The notes under the pieces were generated by a model that saw nothing but the letters and a program-made list of their open reading frames with translations, did not search any database and was not told the origin of the DNA. Shown here in pieces: positions 1 to 8,798 of a DNA stretch of 20,000 bases (within the stretch, counting starts at the first letter, position 1; each line of letters begins with the position of its first letter). The position numbers and the translations under genes were made by a program. Source of the DNA: an uncultured virus (IMG/VR IMGVR_UViG_3300033149_002562). Its lineage: Duplodnaviria; Heunggongvirae; Uroviricota; Caudoviricetes. The DNA lies in the IMG/VR virus record IMGVR_UViG_3300033149_002562; one strand, given 5' to 3'.

Positions 1-588
1 CACTTCGATCAAATCGTACTTGCGAATATGCCAGCCGAGAAACTCGCCGTCCTTCGACTCCCGCTCCTCCCACTCGGTCGGCAGAAACCCGTGACTGATC
101 CGCAGAGCGCCGAACTCGACTAGCGTGGCCGCGTCACGACCGAGCGGCGTGTCGGCAATGGCAAAACGGGCCTTCACGCGCTTCTTGTTTTGCTGCGTCA
201 CCTCCAACAGCTTGCCAATGGGCTCCATCATTAGATGCTGCCAGAGCAACGGAGCTTTCGGGTCCACCTCGGCACCATCCGGGTCAAGCACGTCGCCGTC
301 GCGGTCAAGGCGGTTGCTGGTTACGACCGCCTCGAACTCCATGATTGCCCCTTCGGTAAACTCCTTGCCCCGCTTTCGCTTCGTGACGATCTCCATACCG
401 GGATCACAAAACGTCAGCTTGTTCTCGGCCTCCTTGATCGCTTCTGCCAGCTCGTCCGCGTCCAGTCCCGTCTTGCGAAGGCAACCATTAAGCTGCCGAA
501 GATAGACCGCCGCGGTGCCGATACCCCAACGATCTCGACCGAGCCGGTCGAGAATCGCACGCACGTCGTCGCCGATGATCGCTGGCAT
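1..588 (-). CDS. HK97-type prohead (capsid maturation) protease, C-terminal part beyond window edge
   Basis: Not in the ORF track. Hand translation: MPAIIGDDVRAILDR...FEAVVTSNRLDRDGDVLDPDGAEVDPKAPLLWQHLMMEPIGK...LRISHGFLPTEW...IRKYDLIEV. The DRDGD, LWQH..PIG, S.GF and L.EV motifs match Peptidase_S78. Strong SD GGAGGTGA at 591-598; lies downstream of the portal gene. Confidence 0.88.
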   Translation of the reverse strand, partial: MPAIIGDDVRAILDRLGRDRWGIGTAAVYLRQLNGCLRKTGLDADELAEAIKEAENKLTFCDPGMEIVTKRKRGKEFTEGAIMEFEAVVTSNRLDRDGDVLDPDGAEVDPKAPLLWQHLMMEPIGKLLEVTQQNKKRVKARFAIADTPLGRDAATLVEFGALRISHGFLPTEWEERESKDGEFLGWHIRKYDLIEV

Positions 589-604
589 TGTCACCTCCAC
601 TCAT

Positions 605-647
605 AACAAAAAGGGCCTGACGCCGGGATCGTCCCAGCGTCAGGCCC
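605..647 (-). terminator. Intrinsic terminator-like hairpin
   Basis: Minus-strand RNA GGGCCUGACGCUGGGA-CGA-UCCCGGCGUCAGGCCC followed by UUUUUGUU; 16-bp stem with one U-G pair. Confidence 0.75.
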
Positions 648-675
648 AGTTGCATCCGGTACCAATGCGATGTCG

Positions 676-882
676 CTACTCCCGACACCGCTCGATTGCA
701 TCCACAACGGCCGCTACCTGCCCGCGTTTCCAGATCAGCTCGATCCGACTGCGACCGAAGAAATGTCGTCCTTCGATGACCTCAATCTGCCGATCTAGCT
801 GCTCGTGAGCTTCGCGGCAGCGACTCCGCGTGTCGTCTGTTACCTCGTGTACCTTCTGTCCGTACATAGCAGATTCTGGCAC
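676..882 (-). CDS. Small hypothetical protein
   Basis: 68-aa ORF co-oriented between portal and protease; C-terminal FFGRSRIELIWKRGQV loosely resembles YezD/DUF2292-like small proteins; start uncertain. Confidence 0.45.
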   Translation of the reverse strand: MPESAMYGQKVHEVTDDTRSRCREAHEQLDRQIEVIEGRHFFGRSRIELIWKRGQVAAVVDAIERCRE

Positions 883-892
883 CCCGTGTCAA
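863..892 (-). promoter_or_regulatory. Possible sigma70-type promoter
   Basis: TTGACA (892-887), 18-nt spacer ending in TGc, then TATGTA (868-863); overlaps the candidate starts of ORF 676-882. Confidence 0.4.
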
Positions 893-936
893 GCCCTCTT
901 GCGATCACCATCCTTCTGGTGTACGCAACAACCCAT

Positions 937-3153
937 TTACGCACCACCCGGAAGCGGTAGCGGCCCGGTGTCCATCACCGGTAGGCTAGTGCAGCGGCAG
1001 AAACATCGTTCTTGCGCCGGTAGCGAGTAATGACCTGGGTACGGAGCGGGATACCCCCCCACGTCAAAGTCCTGCGAAATGGGGATGGGGGGGCTGGCGT
1101 GCAGCCCCGCGTGAGTGTCTCGCGTGTAGCTGTCAAGCACGGCCTCCCACCGCTTGTGCGTCGCCACGCCGCTTGACTCCAACTCCAACAATTGAGCGTG
1201 ACCGCCAGCGTTCCAAGCTGCCGTAGACTCCGTGCGAGCTATGTTCATCAGACGAAACGTCGCGGTATCACCGCCGAATATGTCGTCGATCCGCGTGCCA
1301 AGCTGATAGCTGTTCTCGCCAGCCAGCAGCCCCTCACTAAGGCTATCGACCATCGCCTGCCTTGTCGTCTGCTGAATCTCGCCCCAGTACGGGCGGCTCA
1401 AAATCGTCTGTATCTCGGCCAGGATGGCGTCAATCACGTATTGCGGGAGCTGCGGCTGCTTGAGCCACGGTGTCGCTGAGCGATCTGTAAACGCGGCCAT
1501 CTGTACGGCCCCAAGTACAGCGGTCTCGACCATCACTGGGCGGAGCGCCGTAGCCCACCGCTCCGTCCAAGTCTCAGTTGGGAACACGGCATCGACCAGG
1601 CTTGACGCGTCGCGGCCCGTGGCCGACCGCAGACGATCCTTCACGTCGTCGCGCTGCTCGTCAAACAGCCGCTGAAGCACGCGGAGCATTGCCCGCTCCC
1701 GCTCGCCGTGTGATTTGAGCCAGACGGATTGCGTGTACGCCAGCCCCTTTGTCTTCGATTGAGCCGACTTGTCGCCGCCAGTCCGAACTGGCTGCGGCAT
1801 GACGTTCGCCGGAGTGAAGATCAGGTCACCGCCAGAATCCAGGTCCGGTAATCCAGCGAGCGATGGGATAATGTCACGAATCTCCTGTCGGCTTACGGCC
1901 GCGTATTTCGCAGCCATGCTTAGCTCGGAGATAGTCGTCAACCGGTCGTCGGGCTCGTAACTGTCCATCCACACGACCAGCCGCTCGCCGGGTCGCGCGA
2001 AATGCGGCGCGACGAACTTCGACATCATCTGCGACAACAATTCGACCTTCGGATTCACACAGAAGTCTGCAAAATGCTTGCGGGCCTCAGCGGCGCTCGC
2101 TCGATTCAGCCCTTCGATCTCGCCGATCACTGCCGGGTTCGTGCCGTAACCCTGAGTGATCCGAGCCTTCGTTGTGCGACCAGAATCGAGCCAATCCATT
2201 TCTCGCATCGTTCGCGTGATAGGCTTCGCGTCCCGAACGAGACGATCAAAGATCAGCGGGTGATTCGCGTTGTCAACGCTCCCGTACCACTGCATGATCC
2301 CGTCGTAAATCTCCTGCCGCTGCTCCTTTTCGAGTAGGGGCAGCTCTCCCTCCTCGCCTTCGCCAGATATGTCGCCGATGTAGATGCCAAGGCCAGGAAA
2401 AATGCCCTGACTGAATCCCTTGTGCTGCGCCTTCTGGATCGCCTCGTCCGAGAGAATTGCACGACTCTGAGCTTGGGTCGGGCCGTAGGCCGACAACGGA
2501 TTGCGAGGATCGACATAATAGAAGGGCGCGACCTCCTCGGGCGGCCGCTCGATTGGTGCGCCAGCTCCGCCTGGCGTAATAAGCCAGGAAGCGAAAGCCT
2601 TGTCCGCCGTATGCCTAGCTGTTACCCACGATGGCGGTAGCGGCCAAATCACTTGCCGCCCGTCGACTTTCGTTATCCACCAGTACGCCCACCCGCTCAA
2701 CTCCAATGAGGTGACGGTGAAGCAGAACAAATGCCAGCCGACCTGCATCGGGTTCGGGTCCGCCAGAGCGTCAAGTAACGGATGCGATTCGTACACCTCA
2801 ACGTTGTCGCTGACCGCCTTGACCAGTCCTGGCGCACGGCGATGCTCCGCCTTGGTCATCGGACGGCTAGCGGTCCCAGCGGACCGCTTGGTTGGCGTGG
2901 AACGCAACCGCCCGACGTGGATGGGCAGCCCAGCTATCGTCTGTGCAATCGGGCGAATCGAGGCGTAGGGCCAGCCGGAGTAGTGTGCTAGCTGGTCCCG
3001 ATCAGCGCCGCCGCTGCCGAATATCGACGGAGACGCGCCCGTGTAGACATGGGGCATCGCGGCCTCAGCCCCCACCTCGGCCTTCGCGGCAAGTTGAATC
3101 GCCATGCTGCGAGACCGGGCAGCCGTGTGGCAATCCACTAACATTGTGCTCAT
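937..3153 (-). CDS. Portal protein (HK97-like) fused to a Mu gpF / SPP1 gp7 head morphogenesis domain
   Basis: N-terminal portal motifs (YASIRPIAQTIAGLP, HPLLDALADPNPMQ, G.AYW, IWPLPPSWV, final EIR...GL..L..GGD). C-terminal gpF motifs (IARTEST.A.NAG, KRWEAVLDSYTRDTH, F.VGG...YPG...LPA.ERCFCRC). ATGA coupling to the upstream ORF; SD GGGAGG. Confidence 0.9.
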   Translation of the reverse strand: MSTMLVDCHTAARSRSMAIQLAAKAEVGAEAAMPHVYTGASPSIFGSGGADRDQLAHYSGWPYASIRPIAQTIAGLPIHVGRLRSTPTKRSAGTASRPMTKAEHRRAPGLVKAVSDNVEVYESHPLLDALADPNPMQVGWHLFCFTVTSLELSGWAYWWITKVDGRQVIWPLPPSWVTARHTADKAFASWLITPGGAGAPIERPPEEVAPFYYVDPRNPLSAYGPTQAQSRAILSDEAIQKAQHKGFSQGIFPGLGIYIGDISGEGEEGELPLLEKEQRQEIYDGIMQWYGSVDNANHPLIFDRLVRDAKPITRTMREMDWLDSGRTTKARITQGYGTNPAVIGEIEGLNRASAAEARKHFADFCVNPKVELLSQMMSKFVAPHFARPGERLVVWMDSYEPDDRLTTISELSMAAKYAAVSRQEIRDIIPSLAGLPDLDSGGDLIFTPANVMPQPVRTGGDKSAQSKTKGLAYTQSVWLKSHGERERAMLRVLQRLFDEQRDDVKDRLRSATGRDASSLVDAVFPTETWTERWATALRPVMVETAVLGAVQMAAFTDRSATPWLKQPQLPQYVIDAILAEIQTILSRPYWGEIQQTTRQAMVDSLSEGLLAGENSYQLGTRIDDIFGGDTATFRLMNIARTESTAAWNAGGHAQLLELESSGVATHKRWEAVLDSYTRDTHAGLHASPPIPISQDFDVGGYPAPYPGHYSLPAQERCFCRCTSLPVMDTGPLPLPGGA

Positions 3154-3479
3154 CGTCGCCCCTCCCTTCGCGGTACTGCTTGTGCGATAGCCGTCGCACG
3201 AGCGAATAACGCCTCGTGTGCCTCGTAGCTCGCTAACACGGCTTGCCTCGCGGCAGCCTCAATCTCCAACTGGCCGCGCGCCGACTCAGCCGCGGCCTCG
3301 GCCTGCTCCGCCCGATACGTCAGCGTGCGGACCTGATCAGTCAGCAGATCGACTTCGCGGCGGAGCGCCGAGTGTGCCGCGCGGGCTCGGGCACCGCCGA
3401 CGAGTCGCAACGACCACGCCAGGCTAACCGACGCCCATCTCCGAAGGGTTCTCATACCCGAGACAATAGCACGCTGCAC
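3150..3479 (-). CDS. Hypothetical coiled-coil protein
   Basis: Fills the TerL-portal gap; its stop overlaps the portal start; Ala/Glu/Arg heptad-like composition. Confidence 0.6.
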   Translation of the reverse strand: MQRAIVSGMRTLRRWASVSLAWSLRLVGGARARAAHSALRREVDLLTDQVRTLTYRAEQAEAAAESARGQLEIEAAARQAVLASYEAHEALFARATAIAQAVPRREGRR

Positions 3480-3510
3480 GAGCTATTGCAAGCTCGATAT
3501 CGGTCAATCG

Positions 3511-5301
3511 CTAAGCGCGACGAATCAACGGCCCTGCCCCAAATAGCCGCTCCGCAAGCGATTCTCTCCCCGCCTCCCGCCTTGCCTTCGCCTGCTTTTC
3601 AGTCTCGCCCGACGTGTAGATCAACGGGCGACCAGCCACCATGCCGTGGCGTCGCATCCGCCACAGAGCCAGGCAGAGCGCGTCGCTGCGGTCAGGCGAG
3701 TGACCGAGCATCTGCCGAAGGTTCATACCGCCTTTCTGCCCAGCCCGCTGGTCCTTGGGCGGCAGGTACATCCGCCCCTCACCGTCCGTCAATCGAGGGA
3801 TGCGAGATAGCTCGTCGATGAGCGCTTGCACCTCGGATCGCAGTCCGGCGTGGTCCGGTAAGGTGAACGCCCGTTGCCATCGCCGCCTACCGTCCGCCGT
3901 CTCAGCCGACACCCATCGCGTTGCCTCACGCGGCCCATTGGGATTCGACGAATCGACCAACTCCAAACCAGGATCGATCCATCGGGCGGCTTCGCCGTAC
4001 AGCGCGGCTCGCAGATTCTGGTATCGGCCTTTCAGCTTCGCGGGTAGCTTGCCGCCGAACCGCAATCCGCCGATACTCTTCAACTCTTTGCGAAGCGGGG
4101 CGACAATTGCGGACAACCCGCTCCCCGCCAAGTCCACCAATACGTTACGCCACGGCACATCCCATCGCTCTTGCATCTCGCGAGTGATATCCAGCAGCCT
4201 GCTCGTTTGCGGGATACCGTCCGAGTCCCGAGGGATGCCAGCACCGCTCAGCATCCGAATGTCAAGCAGCCCGATCCGATCCACCACCACCCAGGCGGCG
4301 TTGTCCGCCCCGCCCTCGAACGAGTCAATCCCCATGAATCGCGGGCACGACTTGCGAAACTCGGCGTCTACCATCGAGTGAGCCTCACGGGCGAACCGGA
4401 GCCACGCCTCGGGTACTATCACCTCCTCCTCTGTCCCTTGCGGCAGCACGCCATGCAGGCACGCCGACACCCAAAACGGCGGCTGCTCTTCTAACCGATG
4501 ACAGTAGCTCGGATAGGTCATCAGCCCAGGTAGTACTGGCTGCGGACACGGGCCCTTGCGGCCCGCCTTGTCCCACGCGAGCCCCAATGCAACGTTCGGC
4601 GTGCGGCGGCCGTCAATCCGAATCACGCGGCGACGATATTTGCCCGGTCTAAACTCGTCCGGTAACGACGGCGAGCGGATGATGTCGGCGTAATACCCCG
4701 ATAGCTTCAGCGGATTGCCGATGCAAAGGATGCGATGGGCTAGCCCTTCAATCGCACGGCACCGCTCTGAATCCACGCCGCTGCTTTCGTCGATCACGAC
4801 CAGCACAGATGGGTTGTCCTCGTCGCCTGGCAGGTGCGTGCCCATCATGTTCTCGACTTGCGTGACCGAGGCGAAACGAATCCAGTCGTCCTCGTAAGGC
4901 TTGCCGTCCGCCCCGATGCGACGGATAAGCAGGTGCTTTTTGTCCAGCCCGAGCGGGATTGCCGTCGTCCGCAACGCACGACCGAACTCCCCCCATATCG
5001 CCTGCTTTATCTGCCCGAGTGACGTAGACGTGACGACCACCTTGCACGGGAACCGGGTGCAATAGAACCACAACGCGGCCCGGGCCGCGATCCAGTCCTT
5101 GCCCGATTCGACGCACGACGACACCGCCGTCAAGTAGTTGTCGCGCACGGACAACAGAATGTCCCGCTGGCCCTCCCAGTAGCGAATGCCAGGCCACACG
5201 GCCGCCAGAAACGCTTCGGGATCGTCTCGCCAACGCTTTAGAATTGCTTGCGGAGCTGGGTCATTCTGCCGCGTCGCTGACGAGTCATTTGCCACCTCCA
5301 T
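3511..5301 (-). CDS. terL: Terminase large subunit
   Basis: Adenine-binding YWEGQ, Walker A variant SCVESGKD, Walker B VLVVIDES, motif C GNP, nuclease MGID...D and SPDRSDAL. Start refined to the ATG at 5301 (GGAG SD upstream), overlapping the end of TerS. Confidence 0.92.
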   Translation of the reverse strand: MEVANDSSATRQNDPAPQAILKRWRDDPEAFLAAVWPGIRYWEGQRDILLSVRDNYLTAVSSCVESGKDWIAARAALWFYCTRFPCKVVVTSTSLGQIKQAIWGEFGRALRTTAIPLGLDKKHLLIRRIGADGKPYEDDWIRFASVTQVENMMGTHLPGDEDNPSVLVVIDESSGVDSERCRAIEGLAHRILCIGNPLKLSGYYADIIRSPSLPDEFRPGKYRRRVIRIDGRRTPNVALGLAWDKAGRKGPCPQPVLPGLMTYPSYCHRLEEQPPFWVSACLHGVLPQGTEEEVIVPEAWLRFAREAHSMVDAEFRKSCPRFMGIDSFEGGADNAAWVVVDRIGLLDIRMLSGAGIPRDSDGIPQTSRLLDITREMQERWDVPWRNVLVDLAGSGLSAIVAPLRKELKSIGGLRFGGKLPAKLKGRYQNLRAALYGEAARWIDPGLELVDSSNPNGPREATRWVSAETADGRRRWQRAFTLPDHAGLRSEVQALIDELSRIPRLTDGEGRMYLPPKDQRAGQKGGMNLRQMLGHSPDRSDALCLALWRMRRHGMVAGRPLIYTSGETEKQAKARREAGRESLAERLFGAGPLIRRA

Positions 5302-5968
5302 CCGTCTGCTCCTGCTCGCCATTCTTGCCGTTCGGCCCAGGTAGCCGAGGTGTGCCGTCCGGCCCACGCACCATCTCGGTGCCGTCCGCCGACAGCACGA
5401 CTGGTAGATTCTCGGGCCTCGCGGCCTCCTGCGCTACCTGGATCAAGTTGAATACGGTCGTCTGCCCACCCTCGGGCTGACGCCCTCCCTCCGGTTCTCT
5501 ATGCAGACCGTACAACTTGTCGTGCTCCGCTAACGCGAGCCGAGCCTCACTCAGATAGCGGGGGTCGCCCAATCGCTCGATCAGCTCCGTGCGAGTCTTC
5601 GTCACCGGCCACTTGTCCGGCGGCAGTCCCTCCACGGCCTCCCGCTCCTGGATCACCTTGCGAGCGGGCTCTTTTGACCGCTCGTACTCTTTCCAACACT
5701 CCTCGACAATCTTGCGCAGTTCGGCCGCCGCTTGTGCCCGAGCCAATTCGACCTTCGCTGGCACGGCGTGACGCCACGCGGCCATCGCCTGAGAGAAATA
5801 CCGCTTGACGCTCCGCAGACTGACGCCAAGCTGCCGAGCGATCTGCGTATCGCTCATGCCGTAGTCGCGCCGAAGATGCACCGCCTCCGCCACCCTGGCC
5901 TCGCGTTGCGCCATCGCATGACGCACGGATGGCGGCAATCGACTCGATCTTTTGGGATACGACGGCAC
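5285..5968 (-). CDS. Probable terminase small subunit (N-terminal HTH)
   Basis: HTH GMSDTQIARQLGVSLRSVKRY, helical body with GDPRYL...KLYGL; directly upstream of TerL. Start GTG 5968 or ATG ~5914, not 6136. Confidence 0.7.
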   Translation of the reverse strand: MPSYPKRSSRLPPSVRHAMAQREARVAEAVHLRRDYGMSDTQIARQLGVSLRSVKRYFSQAMAAWRHAVPAKVELARAQAAAELRKIVEECWKEYERSKEPARKVIQEREAVEGLPPDKWPVTKTRTELIERLGDPRYLSEARLALAEHDKLYGLHREPEGGRQPEGGQTTVFNLIQVAQEAARPENLPVVLSADGTEMVRGPDGTPRLPGPNGKNGEQEQTDGGGK

Positions 5969-6211
5969 AGTTAGTACCACCCACAAGCGGGGGAAATGCC
6001 TGAATCTTACCTGGATTCTAGCGGACTGACCCAGGTATGAGCAACGGCTGCTAGCCTCGCAGGCATATTCTTTTAATATGCCAATGACGTAACTCCCTTG
6101 CCACAAAAGAGTTATGTCAAGGCGATTTGCGGTCAATTGCCTGCGAGAATCGGTTATAATAGGGAGCGTAGTCGGTAATTTGACGCTCTTTTTCGATCAG
6201 GAGAACGTGCG
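5969..6211. promoter_or_regulatory. AT-richer divergent control region
   Basis: Inverted repeat GGCATATT-N5-AATATGCC (6062-6082), plus-strand TATAAT (6155-6160), minus-strand TTGACA (6120-6115); genes diverge on both sides. Confidence 0.6.
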
Positions 6212-6622
6212 ATGAGTGAAAGTCAGAACGCGGCGGCCTCGGCGGCAACCTGTCCTGAATGCGGAGCGGGTCTGGTGAATATCGTGACCGGGGCCGTCTG
6301 CCCGAACGGTCACGCGGGGCTGCACCCGCATGTATCGGCGGAGGACAATCGACGGGCGAAGTGGTCGCTCCGAGTCGCCGCCTTGCCCGCAGCAGCAACG
6401 CTGGGCGAATTGCGGGCAACTGCAGTAAAAGACACCGGTTTCGTCGATAGCTGCATCTACGTCGTCATGGGCGAGCCTGGCGTATTTCGACGTGTGCGAA
6501 GATTCAAGTCTTCGCTGCACCCGGCAGACGGCAACCTGCTGGCGAAAATGGATGATACCGTAGTCGAATTGACCCCGTGGGAGTGGGCGAACACGACGCT
6601 CCGTGAGGCGATGAGAGGTTAG
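6212..6622 (+). CDS. Hypothetical protein with N-terminal zinc ribbon
   Basis: CPECG...CPNGH motif; SD AGGAG at 6199. Confidence 0.7.
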   Translation: MSESQNAAASAATCPECGAGLVNIVTGAVCPNGHAGLHPHVSAEDNRRAKWSLRVAALPAAATLGELRATAVKDTGFVDSCIYVVMGEPGVFRRVRRFKSSLHPADGNLLAKMDDTVVELTPWEWANTTLREAMRG

Positions 6623-6625
6623 GCC

Positions 6626-6850
6626 ATGGAGCGTTACAGATTATTTCAGGGCAAGCTGCGCCCGCACCCGAAAGGCGAGTGGGTCGCTGCGGCTGATGCC
6701 GAGCAATTGTGCCAACGAATCTCGCGGCTCGATTACGCACTCACGTTGGTTTGTACCTCCGCCTGGCCACATGGACTACCACCAGCACAGCCAGGCGAAA
6801 CGCTGAAGCAATACATACTCCGTATCGCAGGAGAGACCGATGCCGATTGA
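6626..6850 (+). CDS. Hypothetical phage protein
   Basis: GAGG SD; 3 nt after the previous stop; contains a GEWV motif typical of small phage proteins. Confidence 0.6.
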   Translation: MERYRLFQGKLRPHPKGEWVAAADAEQLCQRISRLDYALTLVCTSAWPHGLPPAQPGETLKQYILRIAGETDAD

Positions 6851-7250
6851 CCTGACAACCTGCGACCCAGCCGAGCTGGAGCCCAGCGCCGAACTCGACC
6901 AGTTTCTCGCCGAACGGGTCATGGGCTGGCGGCAACGAGACGGGCGGTGGGAGGACAGTCGCCGTGGCTTGACGGGCTTTCGCGTTAGACACGGCGACGA
7001 TCTTCACCCGGACGCCTGGCAGCCGTCGCTCAATCCCGCACACGCTCTCCTGCTACTGTGGGCTGCCAGAGAGACCACGTTGCGGCAGACGACGCGATAC
7101 GTCTACGTGCAGTTGCTTGTCAAGGTGAACGAGTGCGCCGCGCAATGGTATGAGGGAAAAGCCACACACGACGATACGCCGCGGGGAAAGAGCAATGCAA
7201 TGGCATTAGCTATATGTCGAGCGTGGGTAACGGCGCTCAGAGGCTCCTAG
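6840..7250 (+). CDS. Phage ABA-sandwich domain (BC1872-like) protein
   Basis: ELDQFLAERVMGW ... WQPSLNPAHA ... ALAICRA motifs; SD AGGAG. Confidence 0.75.
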   Translation: MPIDLTTCDPAELEPSAELDQFLAERVMGWRQRDGRWEDSRRGLTGFRVRHGDDLHPDAWQPSLNPAHALLLLWAARETTLRQTTRYVYVQLLVKVNECAAQWYEGKATHDDTPRGKSNAMALAICRAWVTALRGS

Positions 7251-7261
7251 CCGACGCCAGA

Positions 7262-7332
7262 GAGTCCGTAGCCCAGCGGTTAGAGCAAGAGACTTATAAT
7301 CCCTTGGCGGGGGGTGACTCCCTCCTGGCCTA
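7262..7332 (+). tRNA. Degenerate tRNA-Ile, anticodon TAT (probably a pseudo-tRNA)
   Basis: TAGCCCAGCGGTTAGAGCA D-arm, AGAGA-CTTATAA-TCCCT anticodon arm, GGGGG-TGACT-CCCTC T-arm (TC missing from TTCGA). Mismatches in the acceptor, D and anticodon stems; no CCA. Confidence 0.65.
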
Positions 7333-7392
7333 CTTACCGTGTAATGGCATTATTGACCGTATCTACGGCCGCACAAGCAATAAGAAACAAAG

Positions 7393-7656
7393 ATGGGATT
7401 AACCGCTAGCTGCGTCGATTGCGGGGCCGAGTTACGGCCCTACGACGACTGGGACGCACAGCCGTGCCGAAAGTGTTTGATCGAGGAGATCGAACAGCTC
7501 AAACGGGCTGTCTCTCTGGCCGTGGGCCTGCTGCACAACAGAAACAGACTGACCTGGAGTCCCGACGGCTGGTGGATCGACCGCAAGTGCTACAGCGCCG
7601 ACATGGAAGAGAGTCTGCTGCAAGCCGCTAGGATGCAAGAGGAACAAGATGGCTAA
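7393..7656 (+). CDS. Hypothetical protein (CxxC...CxxC)
   Basis: CVDCG...CRKC; overlaps the start of the next gene. Confidence 0.55.
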   Translation: MGLTASCVDCGAELRPYDDWDAQPCRKCLIEEIEQLKRAVSLAVGLLHNRNRLTWSPDGWWIDRKCYSADMEESLLQAARMQEEQDG

Positions 7657-8035
7657 GTGCTTACGATGCGGTGCTGGCCCAGAGTGGATCAAGGGTTGTG
7701 CGCCGTCGGTCGCGCGGGACGAAGAGATTGCCGATCTCCGCGCGGAGATCGAGCGGCTTCGCAAGCGGCTGGCGACGTTAGAGGCTGGCGCGAACGACTG
7801 GGCCGATCAGGCGGCGCAGCGGATCGTGCGGTTGTGCGACCAGGTGCTCGATGAGAGCCCCGAGGGCTGGTCGGCCACTCCGAGTGTGGAGCGGGTCGCC
7901 GAGATAATCCGCGAAGCGGCACAACCGCGAATCGGCGATATAGAACAGGCTATCCAGAAGCTCCGAGACGCGGGCCTTAGTGCCTGGGACGAGATCGACG
8001 ATCCAGACGAATACATCCGGGACATGCGATCCTGA
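7649..8035 (+). CDS. Hypothetical protein (CxxC plus coiled coil)
   Basis: SD GAGG; CLRCG, EIADLRAEIERLRKRL. Confidence 0.65.
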   Translation: MAKCLRCGAGPEWIKGCAPSVARDEEIADLRAEIERLRKRLATLEAGANDWADQAAQRIVRLCDQVLDESPEGWSATPSVERVAEIIREAAQPRIGDIEQAIQKLRDAGLSAWDEIDDPDEYIRDMRS

Positions 8036-8093
8036 AAGTTGCTGGATCGGTTACACTTTACGACCGGGCGCTTGAAGGCGAGGATGCAGAGCC

Positions 8094-8798
8094 ATGACTA
8101 GGCGATTTACCTTAGATGAGGTACTGGACTGGAATATATGCACGATATACGAACCGGAGAAGGTGTCTCGCCTCTTCGGGAGGCGAAAGTACATGACGGT
8201 CGAGCGGCTTCTGGCGCTCGACATTCCCGACAAGGACAAGCTCTGCTGTCTCTTGCGTGTCGAGGTAATCCCGGAGCCGGAGTTGCACGAACTGGGGTGC
8301 AAGTTTGCCGAGCGCGCGCTACGGCAGCAGCGCCGTGTCGGCGCAGAACCCGACTCGCGTAGCTGCAGCGCGATTGCAGTTATGCGGCGCTGGATAAGAG
8401 GCAAAGCATCGACTAACGAGTTGAAAGCCGCACGGACGGCGGCACGAGCGGCGACGTTCGCTGTCGCAAAACCACAATGGCCGCTGTGGATGGCACAAAA
8501 TGCCGTACAGGGAGCACGGATCGCGAGATCGATGGCGGCACGGGGCGCGGCAGCAGCGGCATTTGACGCGACGTTTACGGGGGTGAGGTGCGGGGCAGCA
8601 GTGTTCGGGGGAGCAATACGGGCGGCACAGGCGGCGATGTGGAGGAGATGGGCCGCGACGTGGATGGCAAAACCGTGGCTGTGGCAGGCACCCGAGGGAC
8701 TGTACGAAGGACGGGACAAGGGATTCATACGAGAGGTGCGCCTGCAACTCCGTCAAGCTGCTCGGGCAGCGGGAGGAACGAATTACCATGGGAGCTGA
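8094..8798 (+). CDS. Imm5-like domain protein with Ala-rich tail
   Basis: LHELGCKFAERAL...PDSRS..AI...RRWIRGKAS..EL.AAR pattern followed by an Ala/Arg/Trp low-complexity segment. Confidence 0.6.
   Translation: MTRRFTLDEVLDWNICTIYEPEKVSRLFGRRKYMTVERLLALDIPDKDKLCCLLRVEVIPEPELHELGCKFAERALRQQRRVGAEPDSRSCSAIAVMRRWIRGKASTNELKAARTAARAATFAVAKPQWPLWMAQNAVQGARIARSMAARGAAAAAFDATFTGVRCGAAVFGGAIRAAQAAMWRRWAATWMAKPWLWQAPEGLYEGRDKGFIREVRLQLRQAARAAGGTNYHGS

Noticed and set aside
125..606. Plus-strand ORFs 125-505 and 235-606
   Set aside because: Antisense shadows of the prohead protease gene.
5969..6136. N-terminal extension of TerS in the ORF track (likewise extensions to 5367, 14318, 15840, 17451)
   Set aside because: Downstream starts have better SD sequences; the extensions cross intergenic or overlapping regions.
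7262..7332. tRNA fragment as a prophage att site
   Set aside because: Phage-like genes continue on both sides, no integrase is present, and the 3' half is the degenerate part.
8051..8728. 225-aa minus-strand ORF and similar long antisense ORFs (3755-4381, 10589-11242, 14224-14730, 18347-18949)
   Set aside because: They lie opposite better-supported genes; long shadow ORFs are expected in GC-rich DNA.
8094..8798. Toxin-immunity pair around the Imm5-like gene
   Set aside because: No recognisable toxin neighbour; this domain is frequent as a lone phage gene.
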